A stretch of DNA of 64,000 nucleotides from Eledone cirrhosa (lineage: Eukaryota): positions 232,934,001 through 232,998,000 of the forward strand of contig OZ024741.1 in NCBI GenBank assembly GCA_964016885.1, read 5' to 3'. The notes beneath the pieces are model-generated. The model saw nothing but the letters and a program-made list of their open reading frames with translations, had not been told where the DNA came from and did no database searches. The translations under genes were made by a program, and so were the position numbers. Each line of letters opens with the position of its first letter. The first letter of the stretch is position 1. Of the stretch, positions 15,492 through 29,709 are shown in pieces.

Positions 15492-16678
15492 CAATTAGAA
15501 TTTTGCTTCCAAAATAGCTATATACAAATATGTATTTGAAGTTTGCATTTCTAAGAAAATACGGTATGTTTATAAATAAACATCTAGAAAGCCGTAGCTA
15601 TGCAAAAACACGGTGTCATGCAGAAGCAAGTGGGACAATCGTCGATGCATTTCGAACTTATCTGGTTTTCGGCAGGATGACCACTCCCTCTCTTGCAACT
15701 GATACACTTTGAAAACAGGCGAAAATATATAGTTTTTTTCGTCTGTGTAAATGAGATGATATATTTTCATGTTCATATGAAGCTGTATAAGTTGGCTCAA
15801 CTTATAGTAGAATAAAATTAGAATTTAACATCTAATATAGCTGTATACAAATATGTATTTGAATTTCGTATTTTAAAGAAATATGGTACGTTTATAAATA
15901 AACATGTATAAAGCTGTAGCTATGCAAAATCAAAGGCAGCCAATGCCAATCTACAATATCCCGCAGAAGCATATTCCATTAGAAATACAAAATTCAAATA
16001 CATATTTGTATATAGCTACGTTCGATTCGAAGCTAAATTCTAATATATATATATAACACCTGATGCTGTCAACACCGCGCCCCGGCCTCACTTACCAGCG
16101 GTAGATTTACCATTAAACAATGTTGAATAACACCATCATCATCCACCCACTGTTTTCCCACTAGGAAGTTGAACAGCATATATCAAGTGGGGTCTACCCC
16201 GCTATATTCTTCCTCTCGGCTAGACTGGCTTTAAGTAATCTTACGAACCTTGCTTAAACTTGAATAACTTCTTAGACAATTGATCATATCAACATACAAC
16301 TTCGATCCAAATTGACTTTATTTTTCTAGGCCTTCTAATTCGCACCCAACATGTCCCATAAATTAGGTATGCCTGTTGGTAGTCTTTAACGACTTTACCA
16401 ATAGTCTTTCATATTCACACCTTAACACGGCTTCATTTATACTGAGTTGACCAACCCTGCATATGTTAATTCCTTTTAAATAAAACAAATGTTTTTCCAT
16501 AGCTGGTACTGGTTATAACATACATAGTAAACTTTATACTTGCACCGGTAATTACCTCCCTTAGCAAACCATACTCATTTCACCGTGTTTACACGGTTAA
16601 CATTTAAATGCAAGGTGATGTAAAACTTTTATTTAACCCTTTTAGGGTCTGTAATTAAAAACTTTGCTTGTAATATCT

Positions 16679-16718
16679 GCCTCAGATGAGCCCCATTGGG
16701 TGAAACACGTGTAAGAGC
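16679..16718 (+). ncRNA. Candidate hammerhead (CAGA core, weak stem I)
   Basis: CAGATGA-gccc/catt/gggt-GAAA-cacgtg-TA-agagc; palindromic stem III ACACGTGT. Confidence 0.55.
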
Positions 16719-16933
16719 TTTATAAAGATATGTTTTAACGGCTTGTAACTCTTTCATTAATTATTTTGCTTATAACCGCTTTGCTTCACCTTACACGAAA
16801 TATTAACTTTCTCTAATATTTTACCCTGATAACCCAAGCATTGAGCACTTACGCATTCGCTTTTGGCATGTAATATTCTGTATCGCATCTCTTTATACCT
16901 CTTCTTTCTATCCTCGTTTACGATACTGTAACC

Positions 16934-16973
<40 letters not shown>

Positions 16974-17039
16974 TATACGCCCACTTGCCCCCGCTGAAAA
17001 TTTTTCCCTTCGATCTATATGAAATTTAAACTATAGCTA

Positions 17040-18731
17040 AATGACAAGATATGAATCCTATTCAGAAAATGTCACCAAATTTCAATAATATTAAAACTGA
17101 AAATGGGAAATTATAAAATTAAAAAACTAGAGTCTAAAACAAGAAAACCAGGAATAATAAAATACATCTAATTCAGTACCCCAGGGCTTCGTCTCATAGC
17201 GGTAAAATATCACTAATGATGCACCCCTAAAAAGAAAACAGCTGCTACATTTTTAGCTGGTGTTATGTAGCAATGCTATGTAGATTTCACGGGAGTGGAG
17301 GTACTGAGGCTACAAAAACTCGATGGGCTGCCTCAGGGTAAGCGAAAGAGGAAAAAGGAAGAGGAGAGGGAGTGGAAGGAATTGAGAAGGAGAGATAAAA
17401 GGATAAAAAGAAATGTATGCTGGTATTTCCCCTATCTTCTTCGGCAAGTGGGGAAAAGAAGGATGTTACAGCCATTGTCTACCCACCCGGGTCGTGAGGA
17501 GGTTTGAAGGTAAGATAAGTCCTACGCAATCGGTGTTTACATGGGGTTACAAGTTCGTCTTTTTTGTTTAGGAGTTGGTCCTTCGTAAACAACATTTGTA
17601 TTGTTTCCTCCGAGCATAAGTTACACGGACGGCGTCCTTCTGAATAGGATTAGCCCTGGACAGTAAGCTCCAACTAAGATAGTATGTGATGTTATTATCT
17701 TGGAGGTCCCAGATGTGGCCCGAAAGTGTTGTGGCATGTCGCCGAGCCGGGTTTCTGAACGTGTCAGTGTTGGTAGAGCCGGGTCTTAAAGTCAAAGGCA
17801 ATTAATCCTATATAACCTCTGTTGGAGTTTTCCGTCCTCACGTTGCATTGGTAGATCACGTTACGTTCTCGGCATCTGTTGTTGAGGGGGGAAGTTGATC
17901 TATCAGGGCAGTTAGACCTGGTCGGCTCTTCACTAATGTCTAGGTTGTTTCTTCCGTAAGAGTTGAGTTTCTTGTTGTTTGAGTAGGCGATGTTTTGTGC
18001 GAAGTTGGGTGTGGTGCTGTAGGAGAGTTTGATAGTGCTTTTGTTCATTATGTTGTGGTGGGAAGTGTCTTTCGAGGAGTCAAAAGAAGATTTTCCCGAT
18101 TGGTGTTGCAACTTCGGCATTGTGGGTAGGGTTGAACAACGTACTTGGCGTGAGCGGCGGCGTCGCCTGCTGGTAAAATGAGATTTCCTCCCGGAAGCCG
18201 CTTCGCTTGTGGGCCTGATTGCAATAAGGCGCATGTTCATCGAATATCTGCTCATTAGCGGACAAATGAGATATGCGGAGGGAGTTCTTTTTTAACCAGG
18301 TTATTGGTGATGTTTCTAGGATGGGTAGAGCGGCGGTGGATGTAGTGTAGGTTGTCGTTAGGTTTCCTGTATGGGTAGTACAGATCATCTTCGCGGTTGA
18401 GGGTAACATCCAGGAATTTGACTCGGGTTAGGGACGTCTGTAGGGTGATTTTAAAACCCCAGTCCCGAAAGAAGTTGATTAGGTGTTTACGGACCCTGTC
18501 CGTACTACTGGGGTTGTACCCTTTGAGGGTAAGGAGCCCATCATCTGGGTACAATCCACCACCGAATGCAGGAAACATTTCAGTGAGTTTACGTAGTAAA
18601 AGTAATCCTATAAGACCGGTCGCCTCCGCCGAGTCCGTTGCGCCCATACTGACGTCAAAGGGAGAGTCGGGAGCTCTTTTTTTCCAATTGGAGTTATCTA
18701 AGAGCAGGACTGTCTTCCAATAATATTCCAA
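17040..18731 (-). mobile_element. Hydra-like PLE, degenerate (RT C-terminal half plus EN)
   Basis: FDVSMGATDSAE, GGLYPDDGL, FLDVTL, PYRKPND; same family as 3966-4940; several frameshifts. Confidence 0.88.
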
Positions 18732-19269
18732 TAATATCTTCCAATAATATTAATAATAATATTGTCCGTTTACAATTGTTTCGCTACTCCATATAATATT
18801 TCTGGATCAGATGACTATATATCATTATTGATCTGGTTCAGTTGAATATAGTTAACATATTTAAAAACAGAGCGGCTCATCGGAACTTCAAAGGAATATA
18901 AATTAAAATAAGGAGAGAATGTTACATAATGTAATGTTCCATATATTGGTATTTCACTATGGTGTCCTGGTTGTATCAGTTGTCAGCCATAATCAAGCAG
19001 TATTCATCTGTCGAGGCTGCATTGTGTGAGATCTGCCTATGGGCAACAAGATGGCTGCCAAAGGACTTATTCACCTTACTAATTAGTCGGTGGTTTAAGG
19101 GGAAGTAACTACTCGAAATATTAGAAATTGTGGGTAGTTTATAGTTAAGTGGTAATTTCTTAATTTTTTAATTGAGAGACAATGTAGGGGAGGTAACTTA
19201 TAATTATCTAAGTTAGTTATAGCTATTTAACTTATTAGCTACAAGTAAAAATGGGGCTAGAGGAATATG

Positions 19270-19570
19270 TTGGGTCAAATATTCTATTGGCAAAGGAATT
19301 AGCCCTTCGATGTTGACAGCTAATAGTTACCTTCGTTCTATCGTTAATCGGTAGAGGTCGTGATAGAGTTATGTAATATGCTTCGGTAATACAGAGATCA
19401 CAAGAATTTCTTCGTCAATTGAACGGTTGGGCCCTAGCCACGATATCCCATTTTAGTGAGTGTTCAATGTTGCTTAATTTAAGGTTTTTAAGGAGCCTAG
19501 CTAGAGATGTCGAACATCTGTTGCTAGGGTATCGGAAGGAAAAAGAGTGCGCGTTATAGCGTACCTTAAA
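19270..19570 (-). mobile_element. Hydra-like GIY-YIG C-terminal relic
   Basis: Minus strand reads FKVRYNAH..F..STSLA..WDIV..CDLCITE with an internal stop. Confidence 0.75.
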
Positions 19571-19619
19571 TATATATATATATAATATAAGATCAAAAGA
19601 TGATTAAAAGAGTTCCAAG

Positions 19620-19690
19620 TATTTTATTATGCGCATTTCAAAAACGAATATCATCATGGGATGATATCTGCGTTCTCATCAGATAAAATA
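19620..19690 (-). ncRNA. Hammerhead ribozyme (ATGCGCAT stem III family)
   Basis: Reverse complement: tattttat-CTGATGA-stem II-GAAA-tgcgca-TA-ataaaata. Confidence 0.8.
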
Positions 19691-20431
19691 GTGAGACATG
19701 ATATGAAGCTTAAAAAACACTTGTGAATAGTGAAGTTTTAAATCAACAAAAAATAAATTAAGATTGATGTATGAGATTGGGAAAAAGTGAGGGGGGTGGA
19801 AAAGGTAAGGAAGAGGAAGAGATGAGAGTAAAGAATGGTGGGTAGGAGTATAAGAAGGAAGGATGAGAGAGGAGGAGAGATGGGTGATAGGGAGAGAGAG
19901 ATAGCCTTTACAACTGAAAAAAATATATATATTGTCTCACAGAGAGAAATTAAAAAGCCGTTGGAAGATAATAGATAATTTAAAAGAATTTGAAATTAAA
20001 AGTTAATGAAGTTAATGCATGAAGAAAAAGGAATTAAGAATAATATTAAATTAAGGTTTGTATATTGAAGGGTTTAATAATATGTGCGAGGAAAAGAAAT
20101 TATTAATATGTATTATTAAAATTAAAATATTAATGTTATTAAGGATATAATGTGAAAAGAAGGAGAAGAATGAATGAGTTATGAATTTAGAGGAATTAGT
20201 TAGTGTTTAAGTTTGTTTTTATGTAATGTAATATGTGTACGTAATATGTGTACGTAAATAGTTTATTTAAAAATGAGCGCAGAAGGCAAAGATAAAAAGA
20301 ATGTTTCAGGAAGAACATATCTAACATCAAAAAGTATATATGTTTACGAAATATTTTCTAATGGTAATAATATAATATATTAAAAGAAATTAGTTAGGGT
20401 TTATTGTGCTACAATAAATCTCACCTCCTAC

Positions 20432-20512
<81 letters not shown>

Positions 20513-20566
20513 TAAAAAAATAATGAATAAAACAATGAAACAGTTCCTTATATTAAACAAAAAAAG

Positions 20567-20719
20567 TTCATTATTTAACGATCGTTTCTAGGACATATAT
20601 GTGTTAGAATTGGCATGCATATTCAACAGATCTATGTACAAAATTATACAAAATTATACAAACTATCAAATTTAATATACATACCAACACATATATATGC
20701 CGTCTTCAGAAATAATGAA
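20567..20719 (-). ncRNA. Hammerhead ribozyme with ~115-nt stem II
   Basis: Reverse complement: ttcattattt-CTGAAGA-...-GAAA-cgatcg-TT-aaataatgaa; perfect 10-bp stem I. Confidence 0.75.
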
Positions 20720-20803
20720 ATATATTTATTGATAATAACAACAATTCAAAATTACAGGTCTGTTTTGGATTGGACACTACCGTAAACTCTTGGTAGATTT
20801 ATC

Positions 20804-20850
<47 letters not shown>

Positions 20851-20852
<2 letters not shown>

Positions 20853-21012
20853 CGAAGGAAATGTGGTAAGGAACCAGGTGGACCATAACGCACGAAAGTA
20901 CTCAATACTTAGGGTAGTAGAGTGGGTAATAGGAACGAGTAGGACCCCGACGGCTGAGCTCAACCCGTTTCGACGGCTAATTCTGGACTCACCCGTCGGG
21001 GTCCTACTCGTT

Positions 21013-21015
<3 letters not shown>
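20851..21015. mobile_element. Solo fold-back pLTR tail of the 3895-6095 family in (TA)n
   Basis: aacgaaggaaatgtgg... module with a short inverted return arm. Confidence 0.8.
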
Positions 21016-21088
<73 letters not shown>

Positions 21089-21579
21089 TATATATAATAC
21101 ATCTGAGTTACACCCAACATATACATATATATACAAACTCCAATATAAAAATTCTTCAATGAAAATTACCTATCCAATTCAGTCACGTGCTCTGCATTAC
21201 ATCTCACATAACATATACCTATTTTATTACCACACGTCTCCCCACCATATAGCACACCATTTTTTAATTTATTTAAACATTTCTAACACGTATAACATGC
21301 TTTTATATTCTACACGAAATATACTTATCTCAGCTGTAATATAAATGTTTCCCCATACATACCTTAATGATTGTATTGACTCTTGCATTATATACCCTTA
21401 ACATTGCCCGATCTCCAATGCTATGATATCTTATGTCTAACCTATCTAATTATACATACATATACACGTATACATAAATAAACCTACACATACATACATA
21501 CACCTACATACATATACATACATGTACACACATACATGTACACATACATATACACATATATACATATATACACATACAT

Positions 21580-21642
<63 letters not shown>

Positions 21643-21645
<3 letters not shown>

Positions 21646-22588
21646 TATAAATTATGTCCTTAGAATTATTTGATAAGATATATACTCAATTTCCTCTCCC
21701 AATTAGCATAATCAACCACACAAAACACCAATTAAACCAGGCTATAAGATTAAAAGGCACCTGTGAAGAAATAATAGATAAATAAACGATAGCCATCTAA
21801 TCGCGATCAACAGCCATAGAATATTTACCCAGCATTTCAATAGCACGTGGATATCGATTAAATATATCGTCGACCGTACACAATTAGGTATAAAATTAAA
21901 GTTAGAAGAAAAAATGCATATAAATATACCAGGATTACGTTTCTACCCTTTAGGGTTTCGTTCGCTTTCGGAAATATCCTATCAAGGAGAAATTCTCGAT
22001 CTTCGAACTCATCAGGAAACAAACTCACTTGGACAAAGATTTTTCTTAAATGATCCCCGCCAGAAACGAATTCAAAATGGCTAAGAACTGTGACGTGGCA
22101 GTGGTCAAGTCAGAAAGAATGTGATTGGTGCCTTGCGGCTAGTAGGCTGGTTGCTAGAAAGCGCAGTCTAATATTGCCTAAATAGCATCTCAACCTTATG
22201 GGAGATTATCAAATATAAAGATTTACATATACACAAACTAGACAAAGTCATATATATGTTTTTGGCAACCATTCACGATGTGGCTCAATGATGAATTAAT
22301 AAATTAAATAATCAGAGCAATATACTATAAATTATGTCCTTAGAATCATTTGATAAGATATATACTCAATTTCCTCTCCCAATTAGCATAATCAACCACA
22401 CAAAAAAAACAATTAAACCAGGCTATTTGTGAAGAAATTAAACCAGGCACCTGTGAAGAAATAATAGATAAATAAACGATAGCCATCTATTCCCGATCAA
22501 CAGCCATAGAATATTTACCCAGCATTTCAATAGCACGTGGAAATCGATTAAATATATCGTCAACCATTCAAAATTAGGTATAAAATTG
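21643..22588. repeat. Partial tandem repeat (period 680 bp) with a degenerate hammerhead at 21955-22020 (-)
   Basis: 21643-~21900 repeated at 22323-22588; reverse complement gtttc-CTGATGA-g...c-GAAA-gcgaac-gaaac lacks the NUH triplet. Confidence 0.65.
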
Positions 22589-22622
22589 TATGTATATACA
22601 TATATATATGTGTGTATGTGTG

Positions 22623-22677
<55 letters not shown>

Positions 22678-22732
22678 ATATGCATATGTCTATATGTGTG
22701 TATATATATGTGTATGTGTATATATGTCTATA

Positions 22733-22774
<42 letters not shown>

Positions 22775-22990
22775 CACATATATATACGCACATATAAACA
22801 TATGCATATACATATATATATACATATACACATATATATATGTATATACATACGTACACATGCATATACACACATATATATATATACATATACATACACA
22901 CACACATACATATACATATACACATGCATTCACACATACACATATAAATATATATATATATATGTATTTATATATATATATATATATATG

Positions 22991-23045
<55 letters not shown>

Positions 23046-23288
23046 TTATATATATATATATATATACAATTAAGTTAAAAATGTACATCCACATATGTAT
23101 ACTGAAATACTAGTATGCATATGAATACACACACGTATACATATGTAGATGTACCAAGTTTTTCACTGGTCACTTTACTGTGAGTGTCCAGCTATTCTGT
23201 ATGTAAACACACAGACAAACCGGTTTTTAGAGTCATACTGGTTTTTGAGGAAACACCTTTCCTCTATTCTCCAGAAAGCCAGACAAGG

Positions 23289-23333
23289 AATATTGAACTA
23301 GTTTCGTTGTTGTTACAACTCATCAGCAATATT
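23289..23333 (-). ncRNA. Canonical minimal hammerhead, copy 1
   Basis: Reverse complement: aatattg-CTGATGA-gttg/taacaa/caac-GAAA-ctag-TT-caatatt. Confidence 0.9.
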
Positions 23334-23754
23334 TACCTATCTTCCGGCCTTTCTGGAGAATCGTAAAAGCACATATCGTTATATGCTTTTTCTATGAAAA
23401 TTAGTAGTGGGCAGACCAATTTGCATAGAGTGTGAGTACGTACCGGTTCAACGGAGACGATAAAAACAAATAACGAAACGAAATTAAATTTCGTTTCGTT
23501 TGTAACTCACTTTTGTATGACTGACGCTTAAACAATTAAGTTAAAAATGTACATCCACATATGTATACTGAAATACTAGTATGCATATGAATACACACAC
23601 GTATACATATGTAGAGGTACCAAGTTTTTCACTGGTCACTTTACTGTGAGTGTCCAGCTATTCTGTATGTAAACACACAGACAAACCGGTTTTTAGAGTC
23701 ATACTGGTTTTTGAGGAAACACCTTTCCTCTATTCTCCAGAAAGCCAGACAAGG

Positions 23755-23799
23755 AATATTGAACTAGTTTCGTTGTTGTTACAACTCATCAGCAATATT
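23755..23799 (-). ncRNA. Canonical minimal hammerhead, copy 2
   Basis: Identical to copy 1, 466 bp away. Confidence 0.9.
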
Positions 23800-23989
23800 T
23801 ACCTATCTTCCGGCCTTTCTGGAGAATCGTAAAAGCACATATCGTTATATGCTTTTTCTATGAAAATTAGTAGTGGGCAGACCAATTTGCATATATATAT
23901 ATAAATACATATATATATATATATGTATATATATGTATATATATGTATATACATGTATATATAAATTAGTAGTGGGCAGACCAATTTAC

Positions 23990-24023
<34 letters not shown>

Positions 24024-24168
24024 GTATTTATATATATATATGTATTTATATATATGTAATTATATATATATATATGTAATTATATATATATATATATGTA
24101 TTTATATATATATATATATATGTATTTATATATATATATATATATATGTATTTATATATATATGTATT

Positions 24169-24208
<40 letters not shown>

Positions 24209-24238
24209 TATATGTATTTATATATATATATATGTATT

Positions 24239-24276
<38 letters not shown>

Positions 24277-24304
24277 TGTATTTATATATATATATATATG
24301 TATT

Positions 24305-24341
<37 letters not shown>

Positions 24342-24390
24342 GTATTTATATATATATATATATGTGTATTTATATATATACATATATATA

Positions 24391-24815
24391 TAGGAGGAAG
24401 TTACTCAAACTGAACGGATACACGACATCCACCACAAACCGTGCCAGAAAGAACAGAGGACACCACACCCGAGGCACTAACACTTGCTTCCTGAAGCTCC
24501 CACACTTCAGTAACGAAACAACAACAGCCATCCGCTGGGTCTTAAAATTGTTGGAAGTCATACCGATGTAGGTCTTTTTGTTGTTGTCATCAGTGCCTGA
24601 GATGACATCGCATTTATATACGATGTCATCTGTCAGGTATTTGTTTTCAAGTGGGCAGGCTTCCTTATTTTGGCAGTTGCACAAAGCTCCCGTCCGGGTA
24701 TTGGGTTCAGAGTTAGTAGGCTCATTTAATTTTGTAGTGTTGAGATTGGCTATATTCCAAGCTAGGTTAGGTGTAGTGGAGTAGGAGTGTCTTATTGTAT
24801 TCTTATTAAAAATAG
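24391..24815. mobile_element. Two opposed PLE ORF fragments
   Basis: + strand LLKLNGY...FLKLPH (24391-24537) joined to - strand [27 protein letters not shown] (24538-24815). Confidence 0.7.
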
Positions 24816-25059
24816 TTTAGTACCTATAATACATTAGTTTCAGAGAACCTTCAAAAATAAGGAGTGTCACGCCCAATTTGAACTTGTTTATAGAATTCTT
24901 TCTGGCGTTGTTACTCTAAATATAGCCTTTGAAGAATTAACTTTTAAAGAATTCCCTTTTCATTAAAATCCATCAACAAATGACCTCTACCCATCCCATT
25001 CACCACTCTCTCCTACCACCAGAAAAGATATAAATACTACCATATTACTTGGACCAGTC

Positions 25060-25110
25060 GGTTTCCTGATGATTTCTCCCGAATGAAACAGTTCTAATCC
25101 TGTAGAAGCC
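25060..25110 (+). ncRNA. Hammerhead ribozyme
   Basis: ggtttc-CTGATGA-t-ttc/tccc/gaa-t-GAAA-cag/ttctaatc/ctg-TA-gaagcc. Confidence 0.75.
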
Positions 25111-25160
25111 TTTTCTATATTAAATATATACATATCTATCTATCTATCTATTTATCTATC

Positions 25161-25248
<88 letters not shown>

Positions 25249-25409
25249 TACGTATATATATATATAAATATACGTATATATATATTTATATATATATATA
25301 TAAATATACGTATATATATATATAAATATACGTATATATATATTTATATTTATATATATAAAGATTCCCCCCAACAATATATATATAAGATATTCAATAG
25401 AAATTTAGT

Positions 25410-25620
25410 TAAAATTACCTGCTCTTGCAGCCCCCATCCATGAAATTTAAAATTACTAACTTGAGTATCACTAAAGGAAATCCAGGATTTAATTGCAGAA
25501 AAGCTGAAGGATGCCGTTTACACGGCAAATGCATTACGAAATCAATCGTATACGAGGCCAAAATAACACCTATTGAGAATAACCACCAGCCATGAGTGAG
25601 CAATATATGGATATGACGCA
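25410..25620 (+). mobile_element. Hydra-like PLE linker/EN relic
   Basis: PSMKFKITN..NCRKAEGCRLHGKCITKSIVYEAKI; homologous to 47240-47420. Confidence 0.7.
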
Positions 25621-26177
25621 ATTTAACTACAACCATTACACACAATTAACACCCATTTATTTATTTTAAGTATACCCCCCCCCCCTTTTTTTCATACTTT
25701 TAACACACACATGCCGACCACTTACACTCTTTCCACCCTTCATAACCTGTTTAAGACTTTGAACACTTCTTTCTTCGTTTTTAGCCCTTAACCTTACAAC
25801 CAAAGACACTCACATATTCACTTTAATCACATATCCTTTATAATAACCTTAACCCACGCACTGTCACTATCCTCATTACTCTATCATAGCCTTTTTCTTT
25901 CTACCTAATAGTTATACTCTTTCTACATACACCTTTCCATTTCATTTTTATAATAACGGGAACACCAATTCTACCTTTCAGATAATATATTCATAGATAT
26001 ATATAGATATATATTTATGTATGTATGTATGTGTTTATATATAATTCCGTGTTTATTCTTGCATTTTTATGTGTATATGTATATGTATAATTTATATATA
26101 TATGTCTGTATGTATCTGCATGTCTATGTATGCGTATGTATATGTTCTGCATGTACACGCATGAGTGTATAAAGATG

Positions 26178-26212
<35 letters not shown>

Positions 26213-26584
26213 ATATATATATATCCATATTTGTATTTGTGCGTGCGTGTATATATTTATTATATATAATTTTTCTATTAAATTTTTTAGCTGTGTATAT
26301 ACACACTTTTCCTATTATATGCATTTCCACACTTATATGTCTGTGTACATCCGTGCATGTGTCAATGCTTATGTATAATTATGTATTTTTTATATTTTTT
26401 CCATTTTTTCTTTTATATATGTATATGTATGCATGTTTCTATATTTTTTAATGCATGTGTGTGCATATGAACTTACGAATATTTTTGTTTTTATATACTC
26501 ACATATGTTTGTATGCATGTATATGTGTGTGTATATGAGTGTATATATATATATACAAATGGAAGTTTAGTAAAGTCTATATAT

Positions 26585-27375
26585 ATATGCATAAGGAAAG
26601 TATATACTTTCGGACGTTCAACTATCTGGCAGGAAGGTATACGTTGCTGACGATAGCTAACAAGCTTGAAACTAGTACAGCGTTCCTTTGTCAGTGTTGA
26701 ACAAACAAGCAACGGTGGTTGCTAGACACTACGGTTTAATACGGGATGTGTGTTTACAAACACACAGAGCATTATAATAAATGTTTGGTGAATCCATACG
26801 TACATATATATATGTGTGCATGTATGTATATATATATACATAATACTGTACGTCTGTATACATATATGTATGTACGTATACATACTTGTATTTAAGTAAC
26901 AGCCGTACTAAGAGTGGGAAATGAAATTTCGTTTCATTTTTTCCGTTTATCGTTTTCAGTGCACCCGGCCGATTAACCCACTCGATATGCAAATTGGGCT
27001 CTCAGCCGATAATATGCATAAGGAAAGTATATACTTTCGGACGTTCAACTATCTGGCAGGAAGGTATACGTTGCTGACGATAGCTAACAAGCTTGAAACT
27101 AGTACTGCCTTCCTTTGTCAGTGTTGAACAAACGAGCAACGGTGGTTGCTAGACACTACGGCTTAATACGGGATGTTTGTTTACAAACACACCGAGCATT
27201 ATAATAAATGTTTGGTGAATCCATACGTACATATATATATGTGTGCATGTATGTATATATATATACATACTACTGTACGTCTGTATACATATATGTATGT
27301 ACGTATACATACTTGTATTCAAGTAACAGCCGTACTAAGAGTGGGAAATGAAATTTCGTTTCATTTTTTCCGTTT
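26585..27375 (+). mobile_element. Non-coding 427-bp tandem repeat with hammerheads at 26642-26682 and 27069-27109
   Basis: cgttg-CTGACGA-tagctaacaagctt-GAAA-ctag-TA-cagcg; 3' strand of stem I is mutated in the second copy. Confidence 0.82.
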
Positions 27376-27515
27376 ATATATATATATATATTGTATATAT
27401 ATATATTGTATATATATATATTATATATATGTATATATTGTATATATATATATTATATATATGTATATATTATATATATATATATTATATATATTATATA
27501 TATATATATATATTA

Positions 27516-27556
<41 letters not shown>

Positions 27557-27613
27557 CTATTATATATATATATATATTATATATATATATATATTATATA
27601 TATATATATATAT

Positions 27614-27647
<34 letters not shown>

Positions 27648-27679
27648 ATTATATACATATATATATATTATATATATAT

Positions 27680-27710
<31 letters not shown>

Positions 27711-27728
27711 ATATATATATATATTATA

Positions 27729-27772
<44 letters not shown>

Positions 27773-28144
27773 ATATATATATATATTATAGTAATAATAA
27801 TTAATTTGAAGACTAAAATCCAAAGAGGTCTCGATAAGGATAAATATATATCAAATATATAAGAACGGTAGAGCAAATACCTATTATATATATATATATA
27901 TATTATATATATATATATAATATATATATATGTTATATATATATATATTATATATATATGTTATATATATATATATGTTATATATATATATTATATATAT
28001 ATTATATATATAAATATGTTATATATATATATATATGTTATATATATATATTATATATGTATATTATATACGTATATTATATATATATATTTATATTATA
28101 TATGTATATTATATATGTATATTATATATATATATATAATATAT

Positions 28145-28329
28145 AGGGCGGTGAATTGGCAGTATCGGTGGAGGGTCGGACATTATTTCCAGCATAGTTA
28201 CATCTCTTTACGATCTGACTTCAAATCCCGCCGAGGTTAACTTTGCCTTTCATCCTTACGAGGTCGATAAAATAAAGTACCAGTAATGTACTGGATAATT
28301 GCTGGCCTTGTGCCAAAAGTAGAAACAAT

Positions 28330-28330
<1 letters not shown>
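28145..28330 (+). mobile_element. tRNA-derived SINE, near full length
   Basis: A-box-like TGGCAGTATCGG, B-box-like GACTTCAAATC; body shared with 7557 and 31252. Confidence 0.8.
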
Positions 28331-28368
<38 letters not shown>

Positions 28369-29612
28369 AATATATATATATTAATATATATTATATATAT
28401 ATATTAATATATATGTATATATATGTACGATATATTAACAAATGGAAACTATATTTATAAAACCATATTTATTTCATTATACATATTTCAAGGACACCAA
28501 GTTAAATTATGGTGTGCTTTCATCAGATAAAATATAATATAGGTCAGTTTTATAAATAAATATTGACATACCCTTAAAGAATGCGACCATTTCTGTTGGA
28601 AGCTCCCGGATAGTGGGGTTATAAATTTATTTATACTATTATGCAAATTAGTGTCGGATATGTTTTAATCACAATAGATTTGAAATAAGCCGTTGGGGTA
28701 TGGAGAAAGGGAAAGAAAAGAAAGAGAAAAAAAGAGAAAAAAGAGAAAAAAGAGAAAGAGACAAAAAAGAAAAGAGAAAAGAGAAAGAGAAAGAGAAAGC
28801 TCTAAGTGATAGGTTGTTGTATTAGCGTAACTTTTAAGATGAAGTGAAAAAATAAATATTTATTGGATGAGTAAAAAGAGTAAATAAGCGTGAATGGAAA
28901 ATAAGCGTGAATGGAAAATAAATAAATAATAACAGGAGAATTTTAACCAGTGTTTAAATATGATTAAATGTTTAGTTTATCAATTAAATTATCCATTAAA
29001 TTATTGAGATCTAAACATTAAAAATTGAGATCTATATATTATTAAAAAATCTATATATTATTAAAACTATATATTATTAAAAATCTATATATTATTAAAA
29101 GAATATATTCATATATATACATACGCACACATACATATGTATACATATAAATATATATATATATACCTACACATAACATACATATACATAAATATAATAA
29201 AGGACATTTTATGTATAAGATATAGGAATTTTCCTAAACTTATAGATTTTTCGGAGAAACCAGAGAAAATAACCCCGGAGAAAATGATTTCTATGTAATA
29301 GCAAAACAGCGTGAAGGAAATTAAGTTATTTACTTATATTAAATGTTATAAATGTTAAGATAACAAAGGAAATTTAAGATTATACAAACCTTATGTTATT
29401 ATACAAACCTTATATTATTTAATAAATTTTATAAATTTTATATGTAATAAATCCACCTGTTATGTAGTTGTGACTGTTATTATATAAGTTTGTTTATCAC
29501 GAAACTTAAGAAAACCCTTATAACCGAGTGCATTCGAATTGTATGCATATATATATATAAACAACCCCCACATAGATACACATAGACATTCACACACATA
29601 CAGGTAGATATG

Positions 29613-29709
<97 letters not shown>

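Larger units (their letters stand above)
23066..23893 (-). mobile_element. Non-coding 466-bp tandem repeat, one hammerhead per unit (retrozyme or tandem pLTR)
   Basis: Near-identical units start at 23066 and 23532; flanked by (TA)n; no RT. Confidence 0.85.

Noticed and set aside
23184-23832. Duplicated 60-aa ORFs
   Set aside because: A consequence of the 466-bp tandem repeat; they lie antisense to the ribozyme and show no protein features
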